From contig CAXXWX010000007.1 of NCBI GenBank assembly GCA_963675745.2, positions 97,376-161,375 of the forward strand: 64,000 bases of DNA, given 5' to 3'. This DNA is from Phycisphaerae bacterium. GTDB lineage: Bacteria > Planctomycetota > Phycisphaerae > UBA1845 > Fen-1342. The notes below the pieces were generated by a model. The model saw only the letters and a program-made list of their open reading frames with translations, ran no database searches and had not been told where the DNA came from. The position numbers were made by a program, and so were the translations under genes. Of this stretch, positions 8,719 to 19,243 are shown piece by piece; within the stretch, counting starts at the first letter, position 1; every line of letters starts with the position of its first letter.

Positions 8719-10776
8719 ATGAGCCAGCCGTTGCTGAGTACCGTAAAACGTTGCCACGCGCGATTGCGCGATGATGAACATGTGTACATGGTGCTCCTGG
8801 CCGCGATAGTGGGGGTGGGCGGCGGGTTTGCCGCGGTTGGGTTTCGCAAGCTCATCGGTGCCGGCCACGTCGTGGCCTGGACGCACAGTTGGCGCGAGCT
8901 CGACTATTCGCTTGACTTCATCCGCTCACTGCCGTGGTGGTGGACGGTTTCCGTGCCCGCGATTGGGGGACTGCTCTGCGCGCTGATCGTGTACTACTTC
9001 GCGCGCGAAGCCAAGGGCCACGGCGTGCCGGAGGTAATGGAAGCCGTAGCGCTGCGCTCCGGCCGCATTCGCCCGCGCGTCGTATTGGCCAAGATGTTCG
9101 CATCGGCGATCAGCATTTCCTCGGGCGGGTCAGTCGGGCGTGAGGGCCCGATTGTGCAGATCGGGGCGGCGTTCGGCTCAACGGTCGGGCAGTGGCTGGG
9201 GCTCGACGAACGCCGCATGCGCACGCTGGTTGGTTGCGGCGCGGCGGCGGGAATCGCGGCCACATTCAACGCCCCGGTGGCGGGGGCTCTCTTCGCGGTC
9301 GAGATCATTCTGGCCGACTTCGCCGTCTTGCAGTTTTCGCCGATCGTGATTTCGTCGGTCATAGCAACCGTAATCGGTCGTGTTTATCTGGAGAGCACGC
9401 CGGCGTTCAAGGTCTCCGAACACCTCTACAAGTTGGAGAGTGGGAGCGAACTTTTCGCCTACGCCGTCCTCGGCATCATCGCCGGCCTGGTTGCCCTGTT
9501 ATTCGTCAAGGTACTGTACCGCAGTGAAGATCTCTGGGATGCGATTCCCGTGTGGCCGCCCGCGAGGGCCCTGATGGGCGGCGCCATTGTCGGTGTGATC
9601 GCCCTGTGGTATCCGCAGATCTTCGGCGTTGGGTATGAGGGAATTCGCGAGGCGCTGGCGGGTCAGATCGGGTGGCAGTTGCTCGCCTCGCTCGTTCTGA
9701 TCAAGATCGTGGCGGTCAGCATAACAATCGGCTCCGGCGGATCAGGTGGTGTGTTTGCGCCGTCGCTCTTCATCGGCGCCATGACCGGCGGGGCGGTCGG
9801 CACCGCCGTCAACGCGATCTGGCCGGCGGCCACCGCGGGGCCGGGAACGTACGCCCTGGTGGGCATGGTGGCGGTCGTCGGCGCCACGACGCACGCCCCG
9901 ATTACCGCGATCGTGATCATCTTCGAACTCACCGACGACTACGCGATCATGCTGCCGCTGATGATAAGCTGCATACTGGCCACGCTCGTGGCCATGCGCC
10001 TCCAGCGGGCCTCGATCTACACAAAGAAGCTGCTGCGCCGCGGTGTGGACATTCACAAAGGACAGGATGTGAACGTGGTGCGGCATCTGCTCGTGCGTGA
10101 CCAGATGCGCACGGATGCCGCCACCGTGCCGCCGGGCGCCACCATGATGGAGACAGTGGCCGCACTGGTGCGCCACCCGGGGGCGACGCTGTTTGTGGTT
10201 GACGATGATCGGCGACTGCTGGGGATCATCACCGCGCACCAGCGCCGAACCGTGCTCACCGACCCGCAGTCGTTCGAGGCCCTGCTGATCGCACAGGACA
10301 TCATGCAGGAGACCGGCTTCCCGAGCGTTACGCCCGACGACACGCTCGCCGATGTGATGCGACGCCTGGCGCGCTATCGCGGCGAGGTTCCAGTCGTGGA
10401 CAACGGCCGGCTGGTGGGAGTGATCTGGCCTGAGGACGTGCTCGAGCGCTACAACGTCGAGCTGATCAAGCGCGACATGGCCTCAGGGATGGCGTCCAGC
10501 ATTTCCGGTGGCAGCCACGCCGCCCCGTTTACGGTGGCCGACAACACCAGCCTGATCGAGATCACGGTGCCGCGCGCGTTTGTCGGGCGCAGCGTGGGGT
10601 CGCTGGCGATCCGCAAGCGTTTTGACGCGTCGATTCTGATGGTGCGACAGAAGGGGGCGGCCGGCGCCGAGGTGGTCAATGCGGTCCCGAGCGCCGACTA
10701 CGTGTTTCGGCACGATGACGTCATGCTGGTAATGGGGCCAAACGAGCAGTTGCGCCGGTTGGAGCACGGCGGCTGA
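8719..10776 (+). CDS. ClC chloride channel/antiporter with a CBS pair and a C-terminal TrkA_C (RCK_C) domain
   Basis: GHGVPE, GREGP and GGVFAP signatures; many TM helices; CBS-like and RCK_C-like tail. Confidence 0.92.
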   Translation: MSQPLLSTVKRCHARLRDDEHVYMVLLAAIVGVGGGFAAVGFRKLIGAGHVVAWTHSWRELDYSLDFIRSLPWWWTVSVPAIGGLLCALIVYYFAREAKGHGVPEVMEAVALRSGRIRPRVVLAKMFASAISISSGGSVGREGPIVQIGAAFGSTVGQWLGLDERRMRTLVGCGAAAGIAATFNAPVAGALFAVEIILADFAVLQFSPIVISSVIATVIGRVYLESTPAFKVSEHLYKLESGSELFAYAVLGIIAGLVALLFVKVLYRSEDLWDAIPVWPPARALMGGAIVGVIALWYPQIFGVGYEGIREALAGQIGWQLLASLVLIKIVAVSITIGSGGSGGVFAPSLFIGAMTGGAVGTAVNAIWPAATAGPGTYALVGMVAVVGATTHAPITAIVIIFELTDDYAIMLPLMISCILATLVAMRLQRASIYTKKLLRRGVDIHKGQDVNVVRHLLVRDQMRTDAATVPPGATMMETVAALVRHPGATLFVVDDDRRLLGIITAHQRRTVLTDPQSFEALLIAQDIMQETGFPSVTPDDTLADVMRRLARYRGEVPVVDNGRLVGVIWPEDVLERYNVELIKRDMASGMASSISGGSHAAPFTVADNTSLIEITVPRAFVGRSVGSLAIRKRFDASILMVRQKGAAGAEVVNAVPSADYVFRHDDVMLVMGPNEQLRRLEHGG

Positions 10777-10825
10777 TCACGACGCTCCTTCGCACGCGCG
10801 GACGGTCGCTCACCGGCGACGTATG

Positions 10826-11074
10826 TCAGCGCAACGCCGTCCCCCACCGATGCGTGTAGGCCTCGTCGTTAATGATGGCCAGGTATCCCTCGCTGTCCAC
10901 GTCGACAGCATAGACCGCGTCGGCGATGCCCTGGTGTGCGAAATAGAGGTTTAGCGCGGCGAGCATCTGGGCTTCGTTCGCGCCTTCCATAAGATCCAGA
11001 TCTACCACACGCAGCTCGGTATAGTCCAAGCCTACTCGCGGAACGCAGCGAAATGTGGTGACTGTCTTCTTCAT
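10826..11074 (-). CDS. Small hypothetical protein
   Basis: 82-aa ORF with protein-like composition and a purine-rich upstream region. Confidence 0.6.
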   Translation of the reverse strand: MKKTVTTFRCVPRVGLDYTELRVVDLDLMEGANEAQMLAALNLYFAHQGIADAVYAVDVDSEGYLAIINDEAYTHRWGTALR

Positions 11075-11252
11075 CCTACCAATCCTCAACACTACAACCT
11101 CGCCCGGTCATCGCATTATAGGCGGCGGTCGCAACGCATTCGACCACAAATCAATACGTCTCCGACAGGTGTGTGGTTTGTATAACGTTGCGCAGAATTT
11201 CGGACCTCGCAAAACCGAGCCGGACACTTGGGGGGGCCGCACATAAACAGGT

Positions 11253-12380
11253 TCAGTGAGTTGGCAGCGCCTCGACCAGTTGTCCGATCTCGTCGGCCGT
11301 GTTGTAAAAGTGCGGGCTCACACGCAGTCTCCCGAAACGATGCGCGACGATGATCCGAAATTCGTCACGCAGGTGTTTCTTGAGTGCGACGGTGTCGTGG
11401 CGCTCGGATCCGAACGACACAATCCCGCTCCATTCGCTCGAGGTCCGCGGACTGTACAGACGCCAGCCGCGCTGGCGCAGACCCTCAACAAGCTGGTCGG
11501 TCAGCGCCTTCACGCGCACCTGAATCTGATCGACGCCGGCTTCGAGCAATAACTCGATCGACGCGCCCAGCGCGCAAATCCCCGCCAGGTTATACACCCC
11601 GCTGTCGAACCGCCGCGCGTCGTGGTGGAGATCAATCTTGCGGATCGGCTCGGTGAAGCTGTGCCGCATGCACAGATAGCCCGGTTCGGTGGGACGCAGA
11701 TGCTCGATCAGCTCGCGGCGACAGTAGAAGATCCCGGCGCCTTCTGGGCCGCAAAGCCACTTGTGGCCGTCGGCGGCTAGAAAGTCGATGTTCATCGCTT
11801 CCACGTCGATCGGATGCACACCCAATGCCTGGATTGCATCCACGACCAGCAAAACGCCTTTCTCCTTACACAGTTCGCCCAGTCGCGTCAGGTCAACGCG
11901 AAAGCCGTTGGTCCACTGCACCGCGGATATGGCCATGATGCGCGTGCGACGGTCAATGGCGCCCGCGAGGCGGTCAAACGGAATGCGACCTTCTTCCTCC
12001 TCGACCTGCTTCACCATGACGCCGCGCTGCTCGAGCGCCATCCACGGATAGGCATTCGCCGGAAACTCCATGGTGTTGATGATGACGTTGTCGCCGCGCG
12101 CCCATTGCACGCCGTTGGCAACGTAATTGATGCCCTCCGACGTGTTCTTGACGAAGGTGACCTCGAGCGGGTCGGCGTTGATCAACTTCGCGGCGACCTG
12201 GCGAACGTTTTCGGCCGTACGGAAGTATGTGCCCTTCAGGTAGGCGGCCTCGCACATCTCGCGGGCATAACCGGCCAGTGCGTCGGCGGCCGGTTTGGAC
12301 AGCGGCGCAATGGCGGCGTGGTTGAGGAAGTTGTACTGCCGCGTGATCGGAAACTGTTCTCGGATGGTCTCGATCGTCAT
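11253..12380 (-). CDS. Class V PLP-dependent aminotransferase (cystine lyase / desulfurase-like)
   Basis: FLNHAA, NTSEG, VDAIQ, GHKWLCGP (PLP lysine) and RVSPHFYN. No catalytic Cys loop is visible, so it is not called sufS or iscS. Confidence 0.88.
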   Translation of the reverse strand: MTIETIREQFPITRQYNFLNHAAIAPLSKPAADALAGYAREMCEAAYLKGTYFRTAENVRQVAAKLINADPLEVTFVKNTSEGINYVANGVQWARGDNVIINTMEFPANAYPWMALEQRGVMVKQVEEEEGRIPFDRLAGAIDRRTRIMAISAVQWTNGFRVDLTRLGELCKEKGVLLVVDAIQALGVHPIDVEAMNIDFLAADGHKWLCGPEGAGIFYCRRELIEHLRPTEPGYLCMRHSFTEPIRKIDLHHDARRFDSGVYNLAGICALGASIELLLEAGVDQIQVRVKALTDQLVEGLRQRGWRLYSPRTSSEWSGIVSFGSERHDTVALKKHLRDEFRIIVAHRFGRLRVSPHFYNTADEIGQLVEALPTH

Positions 12381-12712
12381 CGGACTCGTCCCTTATGTCA
12401 GCCGCGCTGCCGGCGCCCAATTGTAGGCGACCGTGCGACGCGGTGTGGCCAAAGCGCCCGGCCATTACGCTTAGGACCGGCGTTTGCCCGCGGCTAGGTG
12501 TTTTCACCCATCAGTGGCGCCCTCGATGCATACATTATCGGCGGTTCGCGCATGGCCGCTGATATGCAATACGCGAATTGTCGGATGAGGTTCACGTGCG
12601 AGGCAAGCGGTTTGCCATCGCCAGTAGCGGTCGGATAATATTCGGGTTTCACAGACGAATAGATCGGGCACCACCGCCCCGATGGCGGCTCCGCCGCATG
12701 AAGGACAATATC

Positions 12713-14047
12713 ATGGATGACCTCACGCCACGGCAAATCGTGGCGGCACTCGATCGCCACATTGTCGGACAGGACGCCGCCAAGCGCGCCGTTGCCATCG
12801 CCATTCGCAACCGCTGGCGCCGCTTGCAGTTGCCTTCTGATATCAGCGAAGATGTCTATCCAAAGAACATCCTGATGATGGGACCGACCGGCGTCGGAAA
12901 AACCGAGATAGCCCGGCGTCTGGCGCAGCTCACCAAGGCCCCCTTCGTGAAGGTCGAGGCCACCAAATTCACCGAAGTCGGCTATCACGGCCGCGACGTC
13001 GACAGCATCATTCGCGACCTGGTGGAACGAGCCGTCGGTCTCGAACGTGTCGAGTTGGCGGAGAGAGTTCGCGAGCGCGCGGCGATCATCGCCGAGGACC
13101 GCATCCTCGATCAATTTCTGCCGGCCGGGGAAGCGCCGGCCGCTGATCCCGAGCAGGTCGAGCGCCGGCAGCGCACGCGTGAAAAGCTGCGCTCGCAATT
13201 GCGCGCCGGGGGCCTGGCCGAGCGGACGGTCGATGTGCGCATCGACGAGCGCGCGGTTTCAGGACACGTGATGAATGCGATGGGGCTCGACCAGATGGGG
13301 CCGGAGTTCGAGCAGTTCATGGATCGCGTGATCCCGCGGCAGACGCGCCGCCAACGGCTCCCGGTACCGGACGCACTGGAGTTCATCACCCAGCAGGAAA
13401 TCGACCGCCTGATTGACCAGGACGCGCTCCACCAGGACGCCATTCGCCGTTGTGAGCAGGGCGGTATCGTCTTCCTTGACGAGCTCGACAAGATCTGCGG
13501 CGGTGCGCTCGACGAGTTTGGCCCGGACGTGTCGCGTAGCGGCGTGCAGCGTGACCTGCTGCCGCTGGTGGAGGGAACCGCGATCAGCACACGCTATGGC
13601 ATGGTGCACACGGACCACATTCTGTTCATAGCCGCCGGGGCTTTCACCCAGGTGCGGCCGAGCGACCTGATGCCGGAATTGCAGGGTCGTTTTCCGATCC
13701 GCGTCGAACTTGGCGATCTGAGCGCTGAAGATTACGTCCGCATTCTGACCGAGCCCCAGAATTCGCTGATCAAACAGCAGGTGGCCCTGATGTGCGCCGA
13801 AGGCGTGACGCTGGCGTTCGCCGACGACGCTATCAAAGAGATGGCGGAGATGGCTTATAAGGCCAACCAGATGCTCGAGAACATCGGTGCCCGCCGCCTG
13901 TACACCATCGTCGAGAAGACAGTCGAGGAGATCGCGTTTAACGCCTCGGACGCGGCCAACAAGGAAGTGACCGTGGATATCGACTACGTTCGCATGCGCT
14001 TGGCGGACATCCTCGAAGACGAAGACCGCAGCCAGTTCGAGCTGTAG
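12713..14047 (+). CDS. hslU: ATP-dependent protease ATPase subunit HslU
   Basis: LTPRQIV start, GPTGVGKT, FLDELDK, PELQGRFPIRVEL, ENIGARRL. Confidence 0.96.
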   Translation: MDDLTPRQIVAALDRHIVGQDAAKRAVAIAIRNRWRRLQLPSDISEDVYPKNILMMGPTGVGKTEIARRLAQLTKAPFVKVEATKFTEVGYHGRDVDSIIRDLVERAVGLERVELAERVRERAAIIAEDRILDQFLPAGEAPAADPEQVERRQRTREKLRSQLRAGGLAERTVDVRIDERAVSGHVMNAMGLDQMGPEFEQFMDRVIPRQTRRQRLPVPDALEFITQQEIDRLIDQDALHQDAIRRCEQGGIVFLDELDKICGGALDEFGPDVSRSGVQRDLLPLVEGTAISTRYGMVHTDHILFIAAGAFTQVRPSDLMPELQGRFPIRVELGDLSAEDYVRILTEPQNSLIKQQVALMCAEGVTLAFADDAIKEMAEMAYKANQMLENIGARRLYTIVEKTVEEIAFNASDAANKEVTVDIDYVRMRLADILEDEDRSQFEL

Positions 14048-14095
14048 CCCCTGGCCCGCCGCGGTTGTGTAGCTTCTCAAAAATCCAGCATCATG

Positions 14096-14316
14096 GGGGG
14101 GCGGGCGTCACGGGTGGGGCGGGCGTCACGCCCGCCGTACTTGGCCATCAGGCTGGAAATGGCGGGCGGGACGCCCGCCCCACCCTCCAAGTAAGATGCA
14201 AACAGCCCGAGAAAGTAGACTAGCGAGCCACGCCTCGTCGGGCGCTGCTGTGTCCGCCGTCCTGTTCTGTCCCGCACGGCAAACCGTGGGGCACCCACCC
14301 AAGCCGTGGGGCACCC
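14096..14316. repeat. REP-like cluster: inverted pair GGTGGGGCGGGCGTCMCGCCCGCC plus two CCGTGGGGCACCC copies
   Basis: Palindromes at ~14113-14136 and ~14161-14185 face each other; direct repeats at ~14284 and ~14304. Confidence 0.7.
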
Positions 14317-14438
14317 ATTGTTGATCGACGCCGGCCGGTCGTTACAGAGAAGTTACAACTTCGCGGCCGTTTGTGCGTCAGACTTTCCACAGACAACTAC
14401 ATCTCTCAGGAACCTTGCGCTTCGGCCAGGAGGATTCG

Positions 14439-16268
14439 ATGATGCGCGCTGTGCTAACATGTCTGTTGCTGGGTTCAATCGTGGCGTTGGCCCCGGCGAC
14501 CGAAGTCTTGGAAACCGATGGCGTCATCGATGCCGTAACCGTCTATCGCGGTCAGGCATTGGTCACGCGCGTTGTCGACGTGCCCGGCCCGACCGGGTTG
14601 CGCGAACTGCTGATCGGTGCATTGCCCGAGCAGGTGTTGCCTCACAGCATTCACGCCGAGGCTTCTGACGGGCTAGAGGTCCGTTCGGTGCGCTACCGCG
14701 TGCGTCCGGTGCGTGAGGACGTGCGTGCCGAGGTCCGCGAGCTCGATGGTCAGATCCGTGGACTTGAAGACCAGGTCGAGGCGCTGGACCGCGCCGCGGA
14801 GGTGTTTGCGGGACGCAAGGAATACCTCGCGAAGCTCGAGAACTTCACCGCGGTAACCGCCGACACGGAATTGACGCGCGGCGTCCTGAACGCCGAGACG
14901 GTGCGCGAGCTGAGCGGCTTCATCTTCAAGACGCGCGACGAACTCGTTGAGAGCGAACTGGCACAGGCGCGCGAAAAACGCGCCGTCGTGGCGCAGCTTG
15001 ACCTGCTGCGGCGCAAACGCGGCGAGCTCACCAGCGGGTCCAATCGTGTGAGGCGCGAAGCGGTGGTGTTTGTAAACCTGACGCGGGAGAGCGGCGCGCG
15101 GCTTCGCCTGCGCTACCTGGTGAACAACGCCAACTGGACGCCATCGTACAACGTGCGCACGGACGAGGCGCGGTCCGGCGTGGTCGTGGAGTACAACGCT
15201 TCGATTCAGCAGATGACCGGCGAGGACTGGCCGAACGTGCAGACCACGCTCTCCACCGCCACGCCGTCATTGGTGGCCAAGGCGCCGACACTGGACGCGC
15301 TCCGCGTCGCGCTACGCCGGCCGGGTCAGGGCGACGAGCAGCAGCAGATGCGTAAGGGGGGCAAGGCCTATCAGGACGCCAAGTTGCAGTTGTCCGACAC
15401 GCGGCGTAGGGCGGAGAACCAGCGCGCGCAGTTCGGCAACGAGTTCTTTGATGTGCAGCAGACGGAGATGGGCCCCCAGCAGCAAGCCATGCCCGGTAAT
15501 GTCGACGAGTTCGATCGCGTGCTGAACAGCATGGCCGTCGAGTTGCAGGTGCTCGATTTCAACGCCGGCAAGCTGATGCTGGCGGGAGGTTCACGGCAGG
15601 AAGCGGGCGCGGAGGGCATCAGCGTGACGTATGAGCTGGCCGCACGGACAACGCTGCCGAGTCGGTCGGATCGCCAACTTGTGCGCATTGCGGCCATCCC
15701 GTTGGATGCCGAGTTTTACCGGTTGGCCACTCCGGTGCTGACCAGCTACGTCTACGAAGACGCGCGCGTGGTCAACAAGAGCTCGCGCGTGTTGCTGGCG
15801 GGGCCGGTGTCGACATATGTCGGTGGTGAGTTCGTCGGGCACGGTGACCTGCCGACCGTGGCGATGGGTGAGAGTTTCACCGTCGGGCTCGGTATCGACG
15901 CGTCGCTGCGCGTTCACCGCGAACTCGTGAACAAGACCGAGAAGATCCAGGGTGGCAACCGCATAGTGGACTTCAAGTACGCGTTGGCGGTGGAGAATTT
16001 CGCCTCCGAGCCGACGGCTGTGCGTGTGCTCGAGCGCATGCCGACGCACCGTGGCGACGCGCTGAAGATCACGCTCTCCTCGACCAAGCCTGCGCTGTGC
16101 GACGCGGCGGATTATCAGGAGACTGATCGCAAGCGTGGCATTTTGCGTTGGGATGTCGTGGTACCGCCGGCGTCGATCGGCATGGATTCACACAAAGTCG
16201 AATATGAACTGCGGCTTGAGTACGACAAGGAAATGGCCATTGTCGGGGTGCCCGCGGAGGAAGATTGA
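14439..16268 (+). CDS. DUF4140/DUF4139 (mucoidy inhibitor MuiA-like) secreted protein
   Basis: Signal peptide, VTVYRGQALVTR, coiled coil, WTPSY and QMTGEDW..LSTA; AGGAGG RBS. Confidence 0.85.
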   Translation: MMRAVLTCLLLGSIVALAPATEVLETDGVIDAVTVYRGQALVTRVVDVPGPTGLRELLIGALPEQVLPHSIHAEASDGLEVRSVRYRVRPVREDVRAEVRELDGQIRGLEDQVEALDRAAEVFAGRKEYLAKLENFTAVTADTELTRGVLNAETVRELSGFIFKTRDELVESELAQAREKRAVVAQLDLLRRKRGELTSGSNRVRREAVVFVNLTRESGARLRLRYLVNNANWTPSYNVRTDEARSGVVVEYNASIQQMTGEDWPNVQTTLSTATPSLVAKAPTLDALRVALRRPGQGDEQQQMRKGGKAYQDAKLQLSDTRRRAENQRAQFGNEFFDVQQTEMGPQQQAMPGNVDEFDRVLNSMAVELQVLDFNAGKLMLAGGSRQEAGAEGISVTYELAARTTLPSRSDRQLVRIAAIPLDAEFYRLATPVLTSYVYEDARVVNKSSRVLLAGPVSTYVGGEFVGHGDLPTVAMGESFTVGLGIDASLRVHRELVNKTEKIQGGNRIVDFKYALAVENFASEPTAVRVLERMPTHRGDALKITLSSTKPALCDAADYQETDRKRGILRWDVVVPPASIGMDSHKVEYELRLEYDKEMAIVGVPAEED

Positions 16269-16321
16269 GCACTCCGCGAGGCGGAATCTGAGCGGATTGG
16301 AGTCCGATAACACCTGCAGAT

Positions 16322-16366
16322 GCCCGGGCGCGCTTGCCCTCCGCAAGCGCGCCCGGGCGGTTTTTC
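16322..16366 (+). terminator. Intrinsic terminator
   Basis: 16-bp perfect stem GCCCGGGCGCGCTTGC / GCAAGCGCGCCCGGGC followed by GGTTTTT. Confidence 0.85.
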
Positions 16367-16392
16367 TGCTACATCGTCAGCGAAACGTCGCC

Positions 16393-16473
16393 GATGGTTG
16401 AAACGTCAATCAGTACCGCTTGACATGCGCCGATGATAGTACCACAATCCAGATGGTTGATTAATCAATCAGT
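16393..16473 (+). promoter_or_regulatory. Sigma70-type feoAB promoter flanked by two 22-bp operator-like boxes
   Basis: TTGACA (16420) -17- CACAAT (16443); GATGGTTGA-N4-TCAATCAGT at 16393 and 16452. Confidence 0.75.
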
Positions 16474-16515
16474 TGCGTGCCAGTACTACCCGCGGCGTGG
16501 TTTGGAGCACTCCTG

Positions 16516-16737
16516 ATGTCGTTGTCCAAAGTCTGTAACGGCGGCTGTGTGCGTGTGACTGGTGTTCGGCGCGGAGCGATGAGCTGCCGCCTCATGGAGT
16601 TGGGGCTGGTGACCGGCGCTGAAGTGCGGGTTCTGAGGCGGGCGCCGCTCGGCGATCCTCTGCACGTGCGCGTGGGTGATTACGAACTCTCTCTGCGCGC
16701 TGACGAAGCCGACCTGGTCGATGTCTGTGAAGCCTAG
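16516..16737 (+). CDS. feoA: Ferrous iron transport protein A
   Basis: [22 protein letters not shown]; an alternative GTG start is at 16477. Confidence 0.92.
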   Translation: MSLSKVCNGGCVRVTGVRRGAMSCRLMELGLVTGAEVRVLRRAPLGDPLHVRVGDYELSLRADEADLVDVCEA

Positions 16738-16805
16738 CGCACTATTCGCCACAACCGCGGGGCAACCAAAAACAACCCGGATCACGGGGATAGGCTGGCA
16801 TCTGG

Positions 16806-19016
16806 ATGTGGAATCACCGGATGGGCCGCCCAACTGAAACCAGCCGCGGCGATAATGCCGTCAGGCACACACCAATCGTTCAGCCGCGCCCGGTCCGCGT
16901 CGCCCTGATCGGCAACCCCAATACGGGCAAGACTACTCTATTCAACCAGTTGACCGGCTATCATCGCCACGTCGCCAACTATCCGGGTGTAACGGTGGAG
17001 ATTGGGCACGGTGCCATCCGTGGCGCCGCGCGCCCGATGGAACTCATCGATCTGCCTGGGACCTATAGTCTCGCCGCGGCATCACCCGACGAGGAAATCG
17101 TCACCCGCGCGCTGTGCGGACGAGGCGGCGGCGACATCACGCCCGACGTCGTTCTGGCGATCGTCGACGCTTCGAACCCCTCGCGCAACCTTTATCTCCT
17201 GAGCCAGGTGCTGGAGCTGCGCATCCCCCTGGTTGTCGCGCTGAATATGGTCGATGCCGCCGAGGCGCGCGGTATCAGAGTTGACGCTGACGCACTGGCG
17301 GGCCGGCTGGGCGTGCGTGTGGTGCCGGTCGTGGCCACCCGCAGTTCGGCGGCAGCGCCGATCGTCGCCGCCCTCGAGCTGGCGTTGGATGAGCCGCTTT
17401 CAGATCAGCGTCCGGAGTTGCCGGAGGCGTTGGTGCGCGAGGCCGAGCAACTCAGGGCAACCGCATGTCCCGCCATGTCCTACTCCGACGCGGTGCGGGC
17501 CTTGCTCTATGAAGATGGCGTGGCCGAGGCGGCCTACGTGCGGGCGGGGGCCTGCGCCGCGCTGCTTGCCGAGGCGCGCCAGCGGCTCAAAACCGCCGGG
17601 ATCGATGGGCCGCTGTCCGAAGTGCAGGCGCGCTACGCGTGGGTGAACAAGACACTCGATGGTATCGTGACGCGGCCGTTGCGTCCGGTCGTCACCTGGT
17701 CGGACCGCGTCGACCGCATTCTCACGCATCGCCTGGGCGGTGCCCTTGTTCTGCTGGCGGTGCTCTACGGATTGTTCTGGGCGCTGTTCACCGGAGCCCA
17801 ACCTCTAATGGCCGGTGTCGAGACCCTGATCGGCTGGTTGGCGGCGCTGATCGAGCGCGCTTTACCCGAAGGCGTGCTGCAAAGCCTGATTGTCGACGGC
17901 GTCATCAGCGGTGTCGGCGGCGTGCTCATCTTTCTTCCACAGATACTGATCCTCTTCGCATTCATCGCGATTCTCGAGGACTGCGGCTACCTCGCGCGCG
18001 CCGCATACATGGTGGACAGGCTGATGCGCGGCGTGGGGCTGAGTGGCAGGGCGTTCATACCGCTGCTTTCATCTTTTGCCTGCGCTGTACCGGCCATCAT
18101 GGGGACGCGGGCAATCGCCGATCGGCGCGAGCGATTCCTGACGATCATGCTCGCGCCGTTCATGAGTTGCTCGGCGCGGTTGCCGGTCTACGTGATTCTG
18201 ATATCGGCGTTCGTGCCCGCGACGACATACGTGGGCGGCTGGGTGCGGGTGCAACCACTGGTGATGCTGGCGATGTATCTCGTGGGCATCGTGGTCGCGA
18301 TTCCCGTGGCGTGGCTGCTGAAGCGCACGCTGCTCGCCGGTCCCGCGGCCGGTTTCGTCATGGAACTGCCGAGCTACAAGATGCCGCGTCCGCGTGCCGT
18401 GTGGCATCGCACGTTCTTCGCCGGCCGAGACTTTGTTGTGCGAGCCGGCAGCGTAATCCTGGTCGTCAACATCGTCATGTGGGCGCTGGCGTATTTCCCT
18501 CGAAGTCAGGCAACACTGGCGGCGGTGCAGCGTGAGGCGGCCGCCGCCGGTTGGGACGACCACCGATTCGCGAACGAGCTCAACGGCGCATACCTGCGTG
18601 ACAGTTACCTTGGCCACATGGGGCATGCGATTGAGCCGGTCATCGCGCCGCTCGGCTGGGATTGGCGCATCGGCGTGGCGGTCATGGCCTCGTTTCCGGC
18701 GCGCGAAGTGATCATCGCCACCTTGGGCACGCTGTTCAACCTGGGAACAGAGCAAGACGAGACGTCGGGCTCACTGCGCGACGCGATGCGCGCGGCCACG
18801 GTCGACGACGGTGAGCGGCCGCTATTCACACTGCCGATTGCACTGTCGATCATGGTTTTCTTTGCGCTCTGCGCGCAATGCGGCGCGACACTGGCGACGA
18901 TTCGCAAGGAAACCGGATCGTGGATGTACCCCGTGCTCTCGTTTGTGGGGATGACGACCATCGCCTACTTCGCCGCCTGGGGCACCGCCGCCCTGGGCAC
19001 GGCGCTGGGGCTCTAG
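16806..19016 (+). CDS. feoB: Ferrous iron transport protein B
   Basis: GNPNTGKT, NYPGVT, DLPGTYS, NMVD, LEDCGY, CAVP and PFMSCSARLP motifs. Confidence 0.96.
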   Translation: MWNHRMGRPTETSRGDNAVRHTPIVQPRPVRVALIGNPNTGKTTLFNQLTGYHRHVANYPGVTVEIGHGAIRGAARPMELIDLPGTYSLAAASPDEEIVTRALCGRGGGDITPDVVLAIVDASNPSRNLYLLSQVLELRIPLVVALNMVDAAEARGIRVDADALAGRLGVRVVPVVATRSSAAAPIVAALELALDEPLSDQRPELPEALVREAEQLRATACPAMSYSDAVRALLYEDGVAEAAYVRAGACAALLAEARQRLKTAGIDGPLSEVQARYAWVNKTLDGIVTRPLRPVVTWSDRVDRILTHRLGGALVLLAVLYGLFWALFTGAQPLMAGVETLIGWLAALIERALPEGVLQSLIVDGVISGVGGVLIFLPQILILFAFIAILEDCGYLARAAYMVDRLMRGVGLSGRAFIPLLSSFACAVPAIMGTRAIADRRERFLTIMLAPFMSCSARLPVYVILISAFVPATTYVGGWVRVQPLVMLAMYLVGIVVAIPVAWLLKRTLLAGPAAGFVMELPSYKMPRPRAVWHRTFFAGRDFVVRAGSVILVVNIVMWALAYFPRSQATLAAVQREAAAAGWDDHRFANELNGAYLRDSYLGHMGHAIEPVIAPLGWDWRIGVAVMASFPAREVIIATLGTLFNLGTEQDETSGSLRDAMRAATVDDGERPLFTLPIALSIMVFFALCAQCGATLATIRKETGSWMYPVLSFVGMTTIAYFAAWGTAALGTALGL

Positions 19017-19243
19017 CGTTGCAATGCCGGTTGCACCCGGCTCGGACCGGCCCGATCAGGCGGCCGGACGCCGGCGCATCCGTGCCGCGCGTGTTGGCCA
19101 GACTGCGTGATGTCGGGTACAACTTGCACGGCGCTCGGGTCGGCGCTGCGCGCCACGCCCCGCGCTCGTGATTGTCGATGCGGGATGGATTGACAGATTG
19201 AGCGCCGCGGCGCTCCGGTGGGTCGCTGGCGAGGTGTACGGCG

